DNA from: an uncultured Eubacteriales bacterium
GTDB lineage: Bacteria > Acidobacteriota > Aminicenantia > Aminicenantales > Aminicenantaceae
DNA length: 64,000 bases
NCBI GenBank assembly: GCA_964400735.1
Contig: CAYNVQ010000004.1
Span: forward strand, 315,042-379,041
Direction of reading: 5' to 3'
Shown here in pieces: positions 37,167 to 46,669 of the stretch; position 1 is the stretch's first letter, and every line of letters begins with the position of its first letter. Under the pieces are notes generated by a model. That model was not told where the DNA came from, did no database searches, and was given only the letters and a program-made list of their open reading frames with translations. The position numbers and the translations under genes were made by a program.

Positions 37167-38492
37167 TCACATACTCCATCTTACCAGAAAATCCAGTTTG
37201 GCGCTGAATACGACCATCAGGATGCCCACGATGGTTATCACGATCCAGGGAAGCCAGGTGCTTTTCAAGAAAGACCAGTAGCTGCCCTTGTATTCGGAGA
37301 CCATAACAGAGAGCCGTCCGATCAAGGCAGTGGGCGGCAATCCGTCGCCCAGCGGCCAGAGAAGGCTCAAGCCGGCCAGAGCGACCGTGGCATGGAGGCC
37401 TATGGAATCCAAAAACCAGATGAGCGGTATACCCAAAATGGCGGCTGCCCCATAGGTCAACACTCCCTCTGAAACCGGGATCACCACGGCCAGGGAGATG
37501 AACAGCAATACAAGCGGCGTGCTGATGACAGCAAAAGAGAGCAATCCCCGTACACCTGTAGCGGTCATAATCTGCTGGAGCATACCCACAACGATCATTG
37601 TGGCCAGCAAAGGAAGGAGCTTTTTCATGGTATCGGCCGAAAGTTTGAGGATGTTGATCCTTTTCGGGCTGAGAAGCCAGGCCGCCAAGGCGGCTACCGT
37701 AAATTCCAGGGGCAATCCCAATATGGGGATATCGAAAGGCCATATACGATAGGCCATGACGAGACCGAAAAAGATAAGAAAGGGAACGAGCACCCGCCAC
37801 CAGCTCATTTTTGCCGGGACCTCGGGCATTTCTTGCAGCACGGTTTCCCGGTCCATCCTGCTTTCTCTCTTCCATCCCAGAGTGAGGACCGTGAATATGC
37901 CCAAGATGAGAACTGGAATACCCAAGGGGAGTTCGAAACCCACATAAGGGATGGCTGTCCCAGCGCAGGTGATCATGGCCCAGATATTCACGGGCGGGGC
38001 TGCCGCACTCAAACCGGCGACGATAAAAATAATGGCTGCCACCTTGCGTTTGGGAATCCCGAGATACCCGAGGGCTAGCGCTGTCGGGGCTCCTACCACC
38101 AGTAGGGACACACTTCCCGCACCAGTGAGAGCGCCCGGAATGAGGATGATGATCATCAGGAGAAGCAGAGCTACCATGCGGACATTATAGAAATACTTGA
38201 TCGTGGCCCGTACCACATAGTTTACTCCGCCGGACTCATTGACGATGGCCATGAAAATGGTCGCCGTGGAAAAGACGAGGATAACATCCAGGTATGTAAA
38301 AGAGCCTTCGACAAGATGACGGGGCAATTGGAGCAAAGGGGGAGTGTCCAGAAAAGCGCCGGCGATGCCTCCGGCTACGGCCGAGGCAAGCATGCTGATT
38401 TCGACGGAAAGCCTGTTCGCCTTGGCCACGGCGTAGGCGGCGACCATAATGATGAGAATGATACCGATCTGAAGCTGCATGGTTAGGGGCAA
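37167..38492 (-). CDS. DctM-like (TRAP large-subunit / ion-transporter superfamily) permease
   Basis: It is a 441-aa polytopic protein. IPGALTGAGSVSLLVVGAPTALALGYLGIPKRKVAAII...AAPPVN parallels the DctM SGSs-At...G...P core. The family assignment is approximate. Confidence 0.55.
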   Translation of the reverse strand: MPLTMQLQIGIILIIMVAAYAVAKANRLSVEISMLASAVAGGIAGAFLDTPPLLQLPRHLVEGSFTYLDVILVFSTATIFMAIVNESGGVNYVVRATIKYFYNVRMVALLLLMIIILIPGALTGAGSVSLLVVGAPTALALGYLGIPKRKVAAIIFIVAGLSAAAPPVNIWAMITCAGTAIPYVGFELPLGIPVLILGIFTVLTLGWKRESRMDRETVLQEMPEVPAKMSWWRVLVPFLIFFGLVMAYRIWPFDIPILGLPLEFTVAALAAWLLSPKRINILKLSADTMKKLLPLLATMIVVGMLQQIMTATGVRGLLSFAVISTPLVLLFISLAVVIPVSEGVLTYGAAAILGIPLIWFLDSIGLHATVALAGLSLLWPLGDGLPPTALIGRLSVMVSEYKGSYWSFLKSTWLPWIVITIVGILMVVFSAKLDFLVRWSM

Positions 38493-38669
38493 TTGTATAG
38501 TTGCTGTGACGGGTTAGTCAAGAAAAAACCAAAATTACCTTCTATCCCTCCTTATCTTGCGGGTGTGTTCGGGATAGACTGGAGAATGTGAATAAAAGAA
38601 GGAATTTATATGCAAATGCCTGGAAATTTATCCATATCTTATGATAAATAGAAAAGGAGAGGGATTTTT

Positions 38670-38867
38670 ATGGCGAAATTTTTTCTTTGGCTGATTTTGC
38701 TGGTGCTTTGCTGGCCCCTTGCCCTACTGGCCTTGCTCCTTTATCCGATCGTGTGGCTGATTCTCATTCCCTTCCGGCTCATCGGCATAACCGTGGATGC
38801 CGTCTTCAGGTTGCTGAAGGCGATCATCACCTTTCCGGTTCGAGTTCTTAGGGGGCCGAGAAAATAG
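38670..38867 (+). CDS. small hydrophobic membrane protein
   Basis: It has a strong RBS (AAAAGGAGAGGG). It is 65 aa with two TM helices and a basic tail. Confidence 0.5.
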   Translation: MAKFFLWLILLVLCWPLALLALLLYPIVWLILIPFRLIGITVDAVFRLLKAIITFPVRVLRGPRK

Positions 38868-38904
38868 TCTCCCTTCGTGCAGTCATCCATCGAGGAGGAA
38901 TTTT

Positions 38905-40296
38905 ATGAAAAACATATCTCGACGGGATTTCATCAAAGTATCTTCAGCGGGCCTGTTGGGGACAGCAGTAACCCTGGGCATGCAGTCTTGCCTGGGCACC
39001 GCAGCCAAGCCGAATTTCGTGTTTTTTATGACCGACGATCAGAGGTGGGATGCGATGAGCTGTGCGGGAAACGAAATACTCAAGACTCCCAATATGGACA
39101 GGATTGCCCAGGAAGGCGTTCGTTTCGAGAACATGTTCGTCACCACATCCCTTTGCGGTCCGAGCCGGGCCTCTTTTTTGACTGGAAAATATGTCCACAA
39201 TCATGGTGTCCGGCTGAACGGCGGAGAGCTTTCTCTTGATCAAAAAACATTTCCCGAATGGCTCAAAGAAGCCGGGTACGAGACGGCATTCATCGGCAAA
39301 TGGCACAACAAAGACCTGGGAAAAGGACGAGGATTCGATTACACCTTCGGTTTCGAAGGCCAGGGTCGGTATCACGATCCTATCATCTCTGAAAACTTCG
39401 GCCTTCCTGAAGAATACAAAGGCTATGTAACGGATATACTGACGGATCACGCCATCGAATTTCTGGAAAAGGAGCACGATAGACCGTTCTGCCTTATCCT
39501 TTGGTTCAAGGCCCCTCATCGAAGCTGGCTCCCGGCCAAGAGATTCGAAAACGTGTACGAGGATATCAAAATGCCCGAGCCTCCGACTTTTAACGATACA
39601 TACGAGGGTCGGCCGGATGCGGTGAAAAATGCGGACATGAAAATCGGCGATTTCGAGGATGTCCCCGATCTGGATACTTTTCTAAAAAATTACTACCGTA
39701 CCCTTCTGGGAGTGGACGAAAATGTGGGACGGATTCTGGACACCCTGGATAAACTGGCATACACGAAAAACTCGGTGGTGATTTACAGCGGGGACAATGG
39801 ATTCTTTTTAGGGGAGCACCATTTTTTCGATAAAAGATTGATGTATGAGCCTTCCATCCGGGTTCCCCTTCTGGTCCGGTATCCCAGGATGGTCCGTCCG
39901 GGAACGACCAACCAGGAGATGGTCCTGAATGTGGATGTGGCCCCTACCATCCTTGACCTTTCCGGCATAGAACTCCCCCCAGAGATGGATGGAAAAAGCC
40001 TGAAGCCGCTTCTGGAGGGGAAGGGTGTTCCCTGGAGAAGCGATTTTCTGTATGAGTACTACGAATACCCTGCCGTTCATATGATTCGAAAGAACCGGGG
40101 GATCCGGACCAAACGCTGGAAATACATCCATTATTTCGAAGATCCAGAGGAGTTCGAACTCTATGATATTCAGAATGACCCCAATGAGGTGAATAACTTG
40201 TATTCCAACCCGGCCTACACGGATGTGGTCGCCCAATTGAAGGAAAAGATGATTGAACTCCGGAGAGAATTGAAGGACCCGGATCTGACAGACTGA
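38905..40296 (+). CDS. Cys-type sulfatase with a Tat signal
   Basis: RRDFIKVSSAGLLG is a twin-arginine signal. NFVFFMTDDQRWD and the CGPSRASFLTGKY (C-x-P-x-R) formylglycine motif are present. Confidence 0.9.
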   Translation: MKNISRRDFIKVSSAGLLGTAVTLGMQSCLGTAAKPNFVFFMTDDQRWDAMSCAGNEILKTPNMDRIAQEGVRFENMFVTTSLCGPSRASFLTGKYVHNHGVRLNGGELSLDQKTFPEWLKEAGYETAFIGKWHNKDLGKGRGFDYTFGFEGQGRYHDPIISENFGLPEEYKGYVTDILTDHAIEFLEKEHDRPFCLILWFKAPHRSWLPAKRFENVYEDIKMPEPPTFNDTYEGRPDAVKNADMKIGDFEDVPDLDTFLKNYYRTLLGVDENVGRILDTLDKLAYTKNSVVIYSGDNGFFLGEHHFFDKRLMYEPSIRVPLLVRYPRMVRPGTTNQEMVLNVDVAPTILDLSGIELPPEMDGKSLKPLLEGKGVPWRSDFLYEYYEYPAVHMIRKNRGIRTKRWKYIHYFEDPEEFELYDIQNDPNEVNNLYSNPAYTDVVAQLKEKMIELRRELKDPDLTD

Positions 40297-40327
40297 ATAA
40301 AATAATCTAGTAAAGAGAGGAGGGCGG

Positions 40328-42211
40328 ATGTCCCTATTGAGAGACTATTTTTTCCCACATTGGAAAGTTTTCTTCTTGGTGTCCGGACTGCTTTTTGCCG
40401 TTTCCGGGATAAAAGCCCAGAGAACGGAAAAGCCCGTGCTTCACGGCAGTCATTGGGTGGCCATTACCGGAAAACCTTTGGCGGCCACGGCGGGAGCCAT
40501 GATCTTCCAGCAGGGCGGCAATGCCGTCGATGCTGCTTGTGCCATGCTAGGAGCCACCTGCACCATGTATGATGTATTGAGTTGGGGAGGGGAGACCCAA
40601 GCCCTGATCTACAATCCCCAAACCAATAAGGTTATCGGCGTCAATGCTCTGGGAGTCGCTCCAACCGGAGCTACGGCCGAATTTTTCAAGGAAAAAGGGA
40701 TGGAATTTCCCCCGAGTTATGGTCCGCTGGCGGCTGTTACGCCGGGAACGCCCGGTGGCCTAATGGTCATGCTGGCAGAATTCGGAACCATGAGCCTTGG
40801 AGAAGTCCTTTCCCCTTCCATCCAGATGGCTGATGGCTACCCGATCGAAGAACAGTGCGCTAACAGTATAGAAAGAGGCAGGAGGCAGATTAAACAATGG
40901 CCCTATTCCAGGCAGGTTTTGCTCCCCCATCTCGGCGAGGGCCGGGAGGCCCCCTATCCTGGAGAAATCTTCCGCCAGCCCGATCTTTTGGACACGCTGA
41001 AGAAATTGGTGGAAGCCGAACGCAAAGCTCTGGATGCGGGAAACAGCCGTAAGGAGGCCATCTATGCCGCCTATGACCGGTTCTACAAGGGGGACATTGC
41101 CCGGGAGTTCGTCAGGGGGTGCCAGGAACAGGGCGGCCAGATCACCATGCAGGACCTGGCTAATTGGCAGGTATATCTCGAAGAACCAGTGAAGTCCACC
41201 TACAAGGACATCGAGGTTTATAAACTAACGACCTGGGTGCAGGGGCCGGTCCTTCTCCAGATGCTGAACATGCTGGAAAATTTCGACCTCCAGTCCATGG
41301 GTTACAACAGTGCCCGTTATATCCATACGCTCTATCAGGTGATGAATCTGGCGTTTGCCGACCGTGATTTTTACTACGGCGACCCTTATTTTCCGCCCGA
41401 AGAGCCGATAAAAGGCCTGCTCTCCAAGGAATACGCCAAAGAAAGGATCAAATTAATCAACTGGGAGCAAAATGATTCATCGATAGGGCCCGGTGATCCT
41501 TACCTTTATGAAGGGAAGAAGAATCCCTATTTAAAATATGTGGAAGGATTTCATGAGGCATGGAAAGCCAGACAGGATTCCGAAAGAATGACCTCCGAGG
41601 AAGCGGAGGCTCTGGACGAACTCTTCCATTCCGGTACCACATCTATTCAGGCAGTTGACAAAAGCGGCTGGGTAGTGTCAGTGACGCCCAGCGGCGGCTG
41701 GATACCGGTCTGTATCGCGGGAAGAACGGGAATCGGAATGAGCCAGCGGGCGCAGAGTTTTGTGCTGGATGAGGCCAAAAACCCCTTCAATGTCATCGAG
41801 CCGGGTAAAAGACCCCGGGCTACCCTGACCCCGAGCATTGCCCTGAAGGACGGTAAACCCTTTATCTCCTTTTCCATCCAAGGGGGCGATACCCAGGACC
41901 AGAACTGCCTCCAGTTCTTCTTGAACATGGTCGAGTTCGGAATGAACGTCCAGCAGGCGTGCGAAGCCGCCAATATCGTCAGCTACCAAATGTACAGCTC
42001 TTTCGGCAATCATGCGGCGAGCCCTGGAAGACTGCAGTTGAACGAAAAGGTGCCTGAATGGGTCAGGGATAAGTTGAGAGAGATGGGGTACAGACTGGAT
42101 TTCAGCCGTTATACTTCAGGTCCGATGAATGCGGTCTTCTTTGACTGGAAACACGGCACATTCTGGGGAGGGTCCAGCAATCACGGCGAGGACTATGGTA
42201 TCGCTTGGTAA
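40328..42211 (+). CDS. ggt: gamma-glutamyltransferase family protein
   Basis: A signal peptide is present. GGNAVDAACAM is present. The autoprocessing/nucleophile region is HSGTTSIQAVDKSGWVVSVTPSGGW. Confidence 0.85.
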   Translation: MSLLRDYFFPHWKVFFLVSGLLFAVSGIKAQRTEKPVLHGSHWVAITGKPLAATAGAMIFQQGGNAVDAACAMLGATCTMYDVLSWGGETQALIYNPQTNKVIGVNALGVAPTGATAEFFKEKGMEFPPSYGPLAAVTPGTPGGLMVMLAEFGTMSLGEVLSPSIQMADGYPIEEQCANSIERGRRQIKQWPYSRQVLLPHLGEGREAPYPGEIFRQPDLLDTLKKLVEAERKALDAGNSRKEAIYAAYDRFYKGDIAREFVRGCQEQGGQITMQDLANWQVYLEEPVKSTYKDIEVYKLTTWVQGPVLLQMLNMLENFDLQSMGYNSARYIHTLYQVMNLAFADRDFYYGDPYFPPEEPIKGLLSKEYAKERIKLINWEQNDSSIGPGDPYLYEGKKNPYLKYVEGFHEAWKARQDSERMTSEEAEALDELFHSGTTSIQAVDKSGWVVSVTPSGGWIPVCIAGRTGIGMSQRAQSFVLDEAKNPFNVIEPGKRPRATLTPSIALKDGKPFISFSIQGGDTQDQNCLQFFLNMVEFGMNVQQACEAANIVSYQMYSSFGNHAASPGRLQLNEKVPEWVRDKLREMGYRLDFSRYTSGPMNAVFFDWKHGTFWGGSSNHGEDYGIAW

Positions 42212-42463
42212 GCAAGAACGAGGACTTCTTTTCCCTTTTTTCGATTCTCAAAAACTTATCTGGATCTGGTCATAAATTATTTTAAAAAAATTTTATCTAT
42301 TAAATCAGCATTTTTAATTCTACGGGCGAGCCTATATTGCAGGGTAGAATAGGTTGGCCTTGACTCGTGAATAATCTAGGTTAGTTATGCTGGCTTTCTG
42401 GCCTGTTCCGGCAGTGGACCAGTGTGAAATTCGATGTTCATTTTTGTTGATTGAAAAAGATTT

Positions 42464-43627
42464 TTGAAAAGATTACAATCTTCGAAAGCGATGAGCTGGC
42501 GCAGAACCATTTCCCCGGCCAATCATAAGGTTCTTCCGATCCTAGCATTATTTATTCTGTGTTCTTCAATTCTATGCTATTCAATTGATGGTAGGCAGGA
42601 TTCAGGGAAAGACCAGGATGGTGAGAACAAGAATGACCTGATTTTACTTCCGATCGCCTATTACACACCCTTAACCAAGATTGCTGGCGGCTTTGGCGGA
42701 ATTTATTACTTAAAGAGCCTGGAAGATCGATTGAAGGGATCTCCTTCCACTATTTTCATGGATCTCATCTACACCCAGAGGAAGCAGATCGTGTGTGAAG
42801 TCACACCCAGCCTTTATTTTAAAGGGGGAGATTTTCATCTGACGGGTTATCTGGGATTCAAGGATTTTGCGGACAAATTTTACGGAATCGGATCCAATAC
42901 CACCGAGGATATGGAAGAGGATTTCGGGTATCAAAGTCTTAAGATAAACGTGTCCATCCGAAGGAGATACGGATCTTACCTGTACCTGGGGCTTCAGTAT
43001 GATTTCGAATCTTTCAAACCCACCCAATTCAAGCAGGAAGGGATTCTGGATTCAGGTGAGGTCAATGGAAGCGAAGGAGGAAATGTTTCCGGGCTGGGCG
43101 GGATTTTCATTTGGGATAGCCGCGATGACGTATTTTTTCCCACAAGCGGAATGCTTCTGCAGGCGTCAGCCACCCTTTTTGCCCCCATTCTGGGCGGCGA
43201 TTATCGATTTCAACGGTTTTCCGTTGATTTTCGTCAATATTTCACCCTGTTTTCTAACCACGTTCTAGCCTGTCAAGAAAGCATCCAGTCCTCTTCAGGA
43301 GCAGTCCCTTTCCAATGGCTTCCCATCATGGGCGGCCCTTGGGTGATGCGGGGATATATCCTCGGGCGATTCAGGGATAAAAATTCAATCGTCATTCAGA
43401 TGGAGTACCGCCTTCCGCTAGTGTGGAAATTTGGCATGGCGGTTTTTCTTGGCTGTGGGAACGTGGCCCAAAGAATGAGCCAATTCAGATTGGATGAATT
43501 TAAGTTGGCCGGAGGTTTCGGGATTCGATATCGTCTCCTTAAAAAATTCTCCACCAATATACGGCTGGATTTCGGGTTTGCCAGAGGGTCTTTCGGCGTC
43601 TATGCCATGATCAACGAAGCATTTTAG
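42464..43627 (+). CDS. Omp85/BamA-family outer-membrane beta-barrel protein without POTRA domains
   Basis: DSRDDVFFPTSG and alternating beta-strand patterns are present. The C-terminus ends in NEAF (aromatic). An alternative start is ATG 42491. Confidence 0.7.
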   Translation: MKRLQSSKAMSWRRTISPANHKVLPILALFILCSSILCYSIDGRQDSGKDQDGENKNDLILLPIAYYTPLTKIAGGFGGIYYLKSLEDRLKGSPSTIFMDLIYTQRKQIVCEVTPSLYFKGGDFHLTGYLGFKDFADKFYGIGSNTTEDMEEDFGYQSLKINVSIRRRYGSYLYLGLQYDFESFKPTQFKQEGILDSGEVNGSEGGNVSGLGGIFIWDSRDDVFFPTSGMLLQASATLFAPILGGDYRFQRFSVDFRQYFTLFSNHVLACQESIQSSSGAVPFQWLPIMGGPWVMRGYILGRFRDKNSIVIQMEYRLPLVWKFGMAVFLGCGNVAQRMSQFRLDEFKLAGGFGIRYRLLKKFSTNIRLDFGFARGSFGVYAMINEAF

Positions 43628-43646
43628 ATACGGTGCTGTCAATATG

Positions 43647-43734
43647 GGGGCGTCCCATCTAGGGACACCCTATATTTCAATATTTGCTTTTTATTAACGG
43701 AATATTATAGAGTGTCCCTGAATGGAACGTCCCC
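43647..43734. repeat. long imperfect inverted repeat (28/29-nt arms, about 31-nt AT-rich spacer) between the Omp85-like and S9 peptidase genes
   Basis: The left arm is GGGGCGTCCCATCTAGGGACACCCTATA (43647-43674). The reverse complement of the right arm (43706-43734) is GGGGACGTTCCATTCAGGGACACTCTATA. Each arm contains its own GTCCC-N5-GGGAC-like palindrome. Confidence 0.75.
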
Positions 43735-43761
43735 TGTTGTTCTCTAAGGACGGTTTCGGAA

Positions 43762-43856
43762 GGCTGGGTTAGGTTGGGTCAGGGGCTTCAACGTCGTATC
43801 GACATTTCCCTGCTCCTTTGTTCCACTTTTTTCTGCCGTCACTGTGGGACAAAGCC
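43762..43856 (+). repeat. intergenic repeat family B, copy B1
   Basis: It aligns over about 95 nt with 57971-58069. The shared blocks are GCTGG..TTAGGTTGGGTC..CTTCAA..CGACATTTCCCTGC..GTCACTnTGGGAnAAAnCC. Confidence 0.8.
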
Positions 43857-43879
43857 ATTTTTTTAAAAGGAGGTTAAGA

Positions 43880-45907
43880 GTGAGAAAGAAGAATTTTCAG
43901 ATCATCGGTTTTATCCTAGCTTTCTTCCTGCTCGAGGTTTGGGGATTCGGCGGACAGAAAGATTACAAGCTGCTGGATAAAGAAACCTACATGGAGATGG
44001 AATCGGTGAGGAGCCCGAACATATCCCCAGACGGAAAGCTGATCATTTTTACCCGCAGTTGGGTGGATAAGATTCAGGATCGTCAGGCGAGCAATCTCTG
44101 GCTCGTGGATGTCGAAGGGGAGAGGATCCGCGAGCTCACCCATGGGAATTGGAGGGATTCTTCTCCTGTGTGGTCTCCGGATGGAAGAAAAATCGCTTTT
44201 CTTTCCGACCGGGATGGAACGAACCAAATCCATGTGATGTGGCTCGACACTCGAGAGGTGGCTCAGCTCACCCACATCCCGCTCAGCCCAGGAAATTTGA
44301 ACTGGTCTCCGGACGGAAAGTCGCTGGCCTTCACCATGTTTTTAGAGGACAGAGATCCTGTCCTATCCGTCAAGCTCCCCGAAAGGCCGAAAGGCGCGAA
44401 GTGGGCCGATCCGGCCATCATTATCGACAGGCTAAGCTGGAGAAGGGACGGCCGGGGACCCGTGCCTAAGGGGTATTCTCATATCTTCGTCATCGATGCA
44501 GAATTGGGCGGAACACCGAAGCAGGTGACCTCAGGGGACTATTCCCACAACGCCCCCCAGTGGTCGGCTGATGGCAAAAAGATCTATTTCAGTGCCATCC
44601 GTAAGCCAGATGCGGAGTATTTGCGCGGGGATTCGGAGATCTACTCGGTGGACTTGGAAACTCTAGAGATCAAGACGCTAACCGACCGGAAGGGGCCGGA
44701 TTTCGGACCTCAAATCTCTCCGGATGGGAACTGGATAGCCTATACGGGTTATGACGATAGAAATTACACCAGCCATCTTTCCAGCCTTTACCTTATGGAC
44801 TCCGAAGGCGGCAGAAAACGTCTTCTAGCCGGAGACCTTCCCAATTCCCCTTCCAGCATAACCTGGGCGCCAGATGGCTCCGGTGTCTATTATTTGATGA
44901 GGGAGAAGGGCGTTTCGAATTTATATTATGTTTCAACGGATGGAAAGATTAAAGAGATCACACAGGGCGTCCATTATCTCTCCGGAATAAGCCTGGCAAA
45001 AAACGGGCGGGTGGCGGCCACCAGGTCCACGTTTTATTCGCCCGATTATTTGGGCACCTTCACCCTGGATCAGCCGGACAGGTTTGTGAAGCTGGTGGAC
45101 GTCAACGAAGATATTTTGGCCAACGTTAAGCTCGGGGAGGTTGAGGAGCTCTGGTTCAAGTCTCAGGATGGCCTCGACCTGCAGGGATGGTTGATCAAGC
45201 CGGCGGAATTTGAATCCGGCAAGAAATACCCGATGGTTCTGTATATCCACGGCGGGCCCTGGGCCATGTATTCCGTGCGTTTCGATTGGGCCTGGCAGAA
45301 TTTCGCGGCCAACGGATATGCTGTGCTATACATGAATCCGCGGGGAAGCACGGGATACGGACAGGATTTCGTCAACGGCATCCAGTTTTCCTATCCCGGT
45401 GAGGATGGCGACGATCTTATCGCCGGTGTAGATGCGGCCATCGCCAAGGGCTTCATCGATGAGGATAATCTGTTTGTCTGCGGAGGAAGCGGCGGAGGGG
45501 TGCTGACAGCCTGGCTGGTGGGACATACGGCTCCCGATAAGTTCAGAGCAGCGGTTTCCATGCGGCCGGTGATCGACTGGCATTCCTTCGTGGGGACGAC
45601 CGACGGGTCGAGCTGGTACAGGCAGTTTAAAAAATATCCCTGGGAAGACCCGATGGAGTATGCGCTCCGTTCCCCGCTGCATTACGTGGGAAATGTGAAA
45701 ACCCCGACCATGGTAATGACTGGAGAAGCTGACCTGCGCACGCCGATGGGACAGAGCGAGGAGTACTACCGTGCCCTGAAGATGCTGAAGAAGGACACGC
45801 TTTTGGTGCGGATGCCGGGTGAGTTTCACGGTTGGAGACGGCCTTCACACCGTCTCCTTCAGCAGCTTTATCTTCTGGCCTGGTTCGAGAATTATCGAAC
45901 CAATTAG
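43880..45907 (+). CDS. exported S9-family serine peptidase (beta-propeller plus alpha/beta-hydrolase domain)
   Basis: I place the start at GTG 43880 after an AAGGAGG RBS. Repeated SPDG propeller motifs are present. The nucleophile region is FVCGGSGGGVL, and GEADLRTP and HGW motifs follow. Confidence 0.85.
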   Translation: MRKKNFQIIGFILAFFLLEVWGFGGQKDYKLLDKETYMEMESVRSPNISPDGKLIIFTRSWVDKIQDRQASNLWLVDVEGERIRELTHGNWRDSSPVWSPDGRKIAFLSDRDGTNQIHVMWLDTREVAQLTHIPLSPGNLNWSPDGKSLAFTMFLEDRDPVLSVKLPERPKGAKWADPAIIIDRLSWRRDGRGPVPKGYSHIFVIDAELGGTPKQVTSGDYSHNAPQWSADGKKIYFSAIRKPDAEYLRGDSEIYSVDLETLEIKTLTDRKGPDFGPQISPDGNWIAYTGYDDRNYTSHLSSLYLMDSEGGRKRLLAGDLPNSPSSITWAPDGSGVYYLMREKGVSNLYYVSTDGKIKEITQGVHYLSGISLAKNGRVAATRSTFYSPDYLGTFTLDQPDRFVKLVDVNEDILANVKLGEVEELWFKSQDGLDLQGWLIKPAEFESGKKYPMVLYIHGGPWAMYSVRFDWAWQNFAANGYAVLYMNPRGSTGYGQDFVNGIQFSYPGEDGDDLIAGVDAAIAKGFIDEDNLFVCGGSGGGVLTAWLVGHTAPDKFRAAVSMRPVIDWHSFVGTTDGSSWYRQFKKYPWEDPMEYALRSPLHYVGNVKTPTMVMTGEADLRTPMGQSEEYYRALKMLKKDTLLVRMPGEFHGWRRPSHRLLQQLYLLAWFENYRTN

Positions 45908-45967
45908 GAAGAGGATTTTTCTGCCGATGTCCTGTGATCGTTGTTGGGGAATCTTTCCGTATGATTT

Positions 45968-46669
45968 TCAGACGAGAAATCTGAGCTGGCCGTTTTTGAT
46001 GAGGCTGATTTCATGGCACATGAATTTAATGACATTCATGTCATGGGAGATGAAGACATAGGCGAGGCCCCTCTGCCTCTGCAAATCCTTGAGAAGATTC
46101 AGGATCTGAGCCTGGACCGAGATGTCCAGGGCAGATGTGGGCTCGTCGAGGACGATGATTTCCGGATCGAGAAACAGTATCCTGGCCAATGCCACACGCT
46201 GGTTTTGCCCACCCGATACTTCACTGGGATATCGGACTAGAATCTCTTCGTCCAGCCCTACGGTCTGGAAGCTCTTTTTAATCGTATCCGTCCATTTTTC
46301 CCTTGGAAGTTCAGCCAGGTTAAGGACTTCCTCCAGCGATTTCTGGATCGTCTTTTTTGGATTGAGCGATCCCTCGGGGTCCTGGAACATCATCTGGACT
46401 TTTTTTCTGAATATAGAGAACTCCCTCTTTGTGATTTTATTTAAGGATTGTCCCTGATAGAGGACCTGTCCTCCGGACGGTTTTTCGATGGCAGCGATTA
46501 TCTTTCCCAGCGTTGTTTTTCCTGTACCCGATTCGCCCACTATACCGAAGGTTTGACCTCCTTGGACTTTGAATGAGACGTTCTCCAAAATATTCTCAGG
46601 TTTATGGGCGAACAGACCTGTACGGAAGGTCTTTGAGATTTTTTGAACCTCTAGCTGTACAGCACACAT
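45968..46669 (-). CDS. oppF: Opp/Dpp-type ABC transporter ATP-binding protein (OppF-like)
   Basis: Walker A is GESGTGKTT, the signature is VSGGQNQRVALAR, and Walker B is IIVLDEPTSALD. I place the start at ATG 46669, overlapping the oppD stop. Confidence 0.85.
   Translation of the reverse strand: MCAVQLEVQKISKTFRTGLFAHKPENILENVSFKVQGGQTFGIVGESGTGKTTLGKIIAAIEKPSGGQVLYQGQSLNKITKREFSIFRKKVQMMFQDPEGSLNPKKTIQKSLEEVLNLAELPREKWTDTIKKSFQTVGLDEEILVRYPSEVSGGQNQRVALARILFLDPEIIVLDEPTSALDISVQAQILNLLKDLQRQRGLAYVFISHDMNVIKFMCHEISLIKNGQLRFLV

Noticed and set aside
36960-37472. A 170-aa plus-strand ORF across the permease/AstE junction.
   Set aside because: It is antisense to two well-supported minus-strand genes and to the coupled mini-ORF. 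Its composition is biased (His/Gln/Asp-rich) and it has no motifs.
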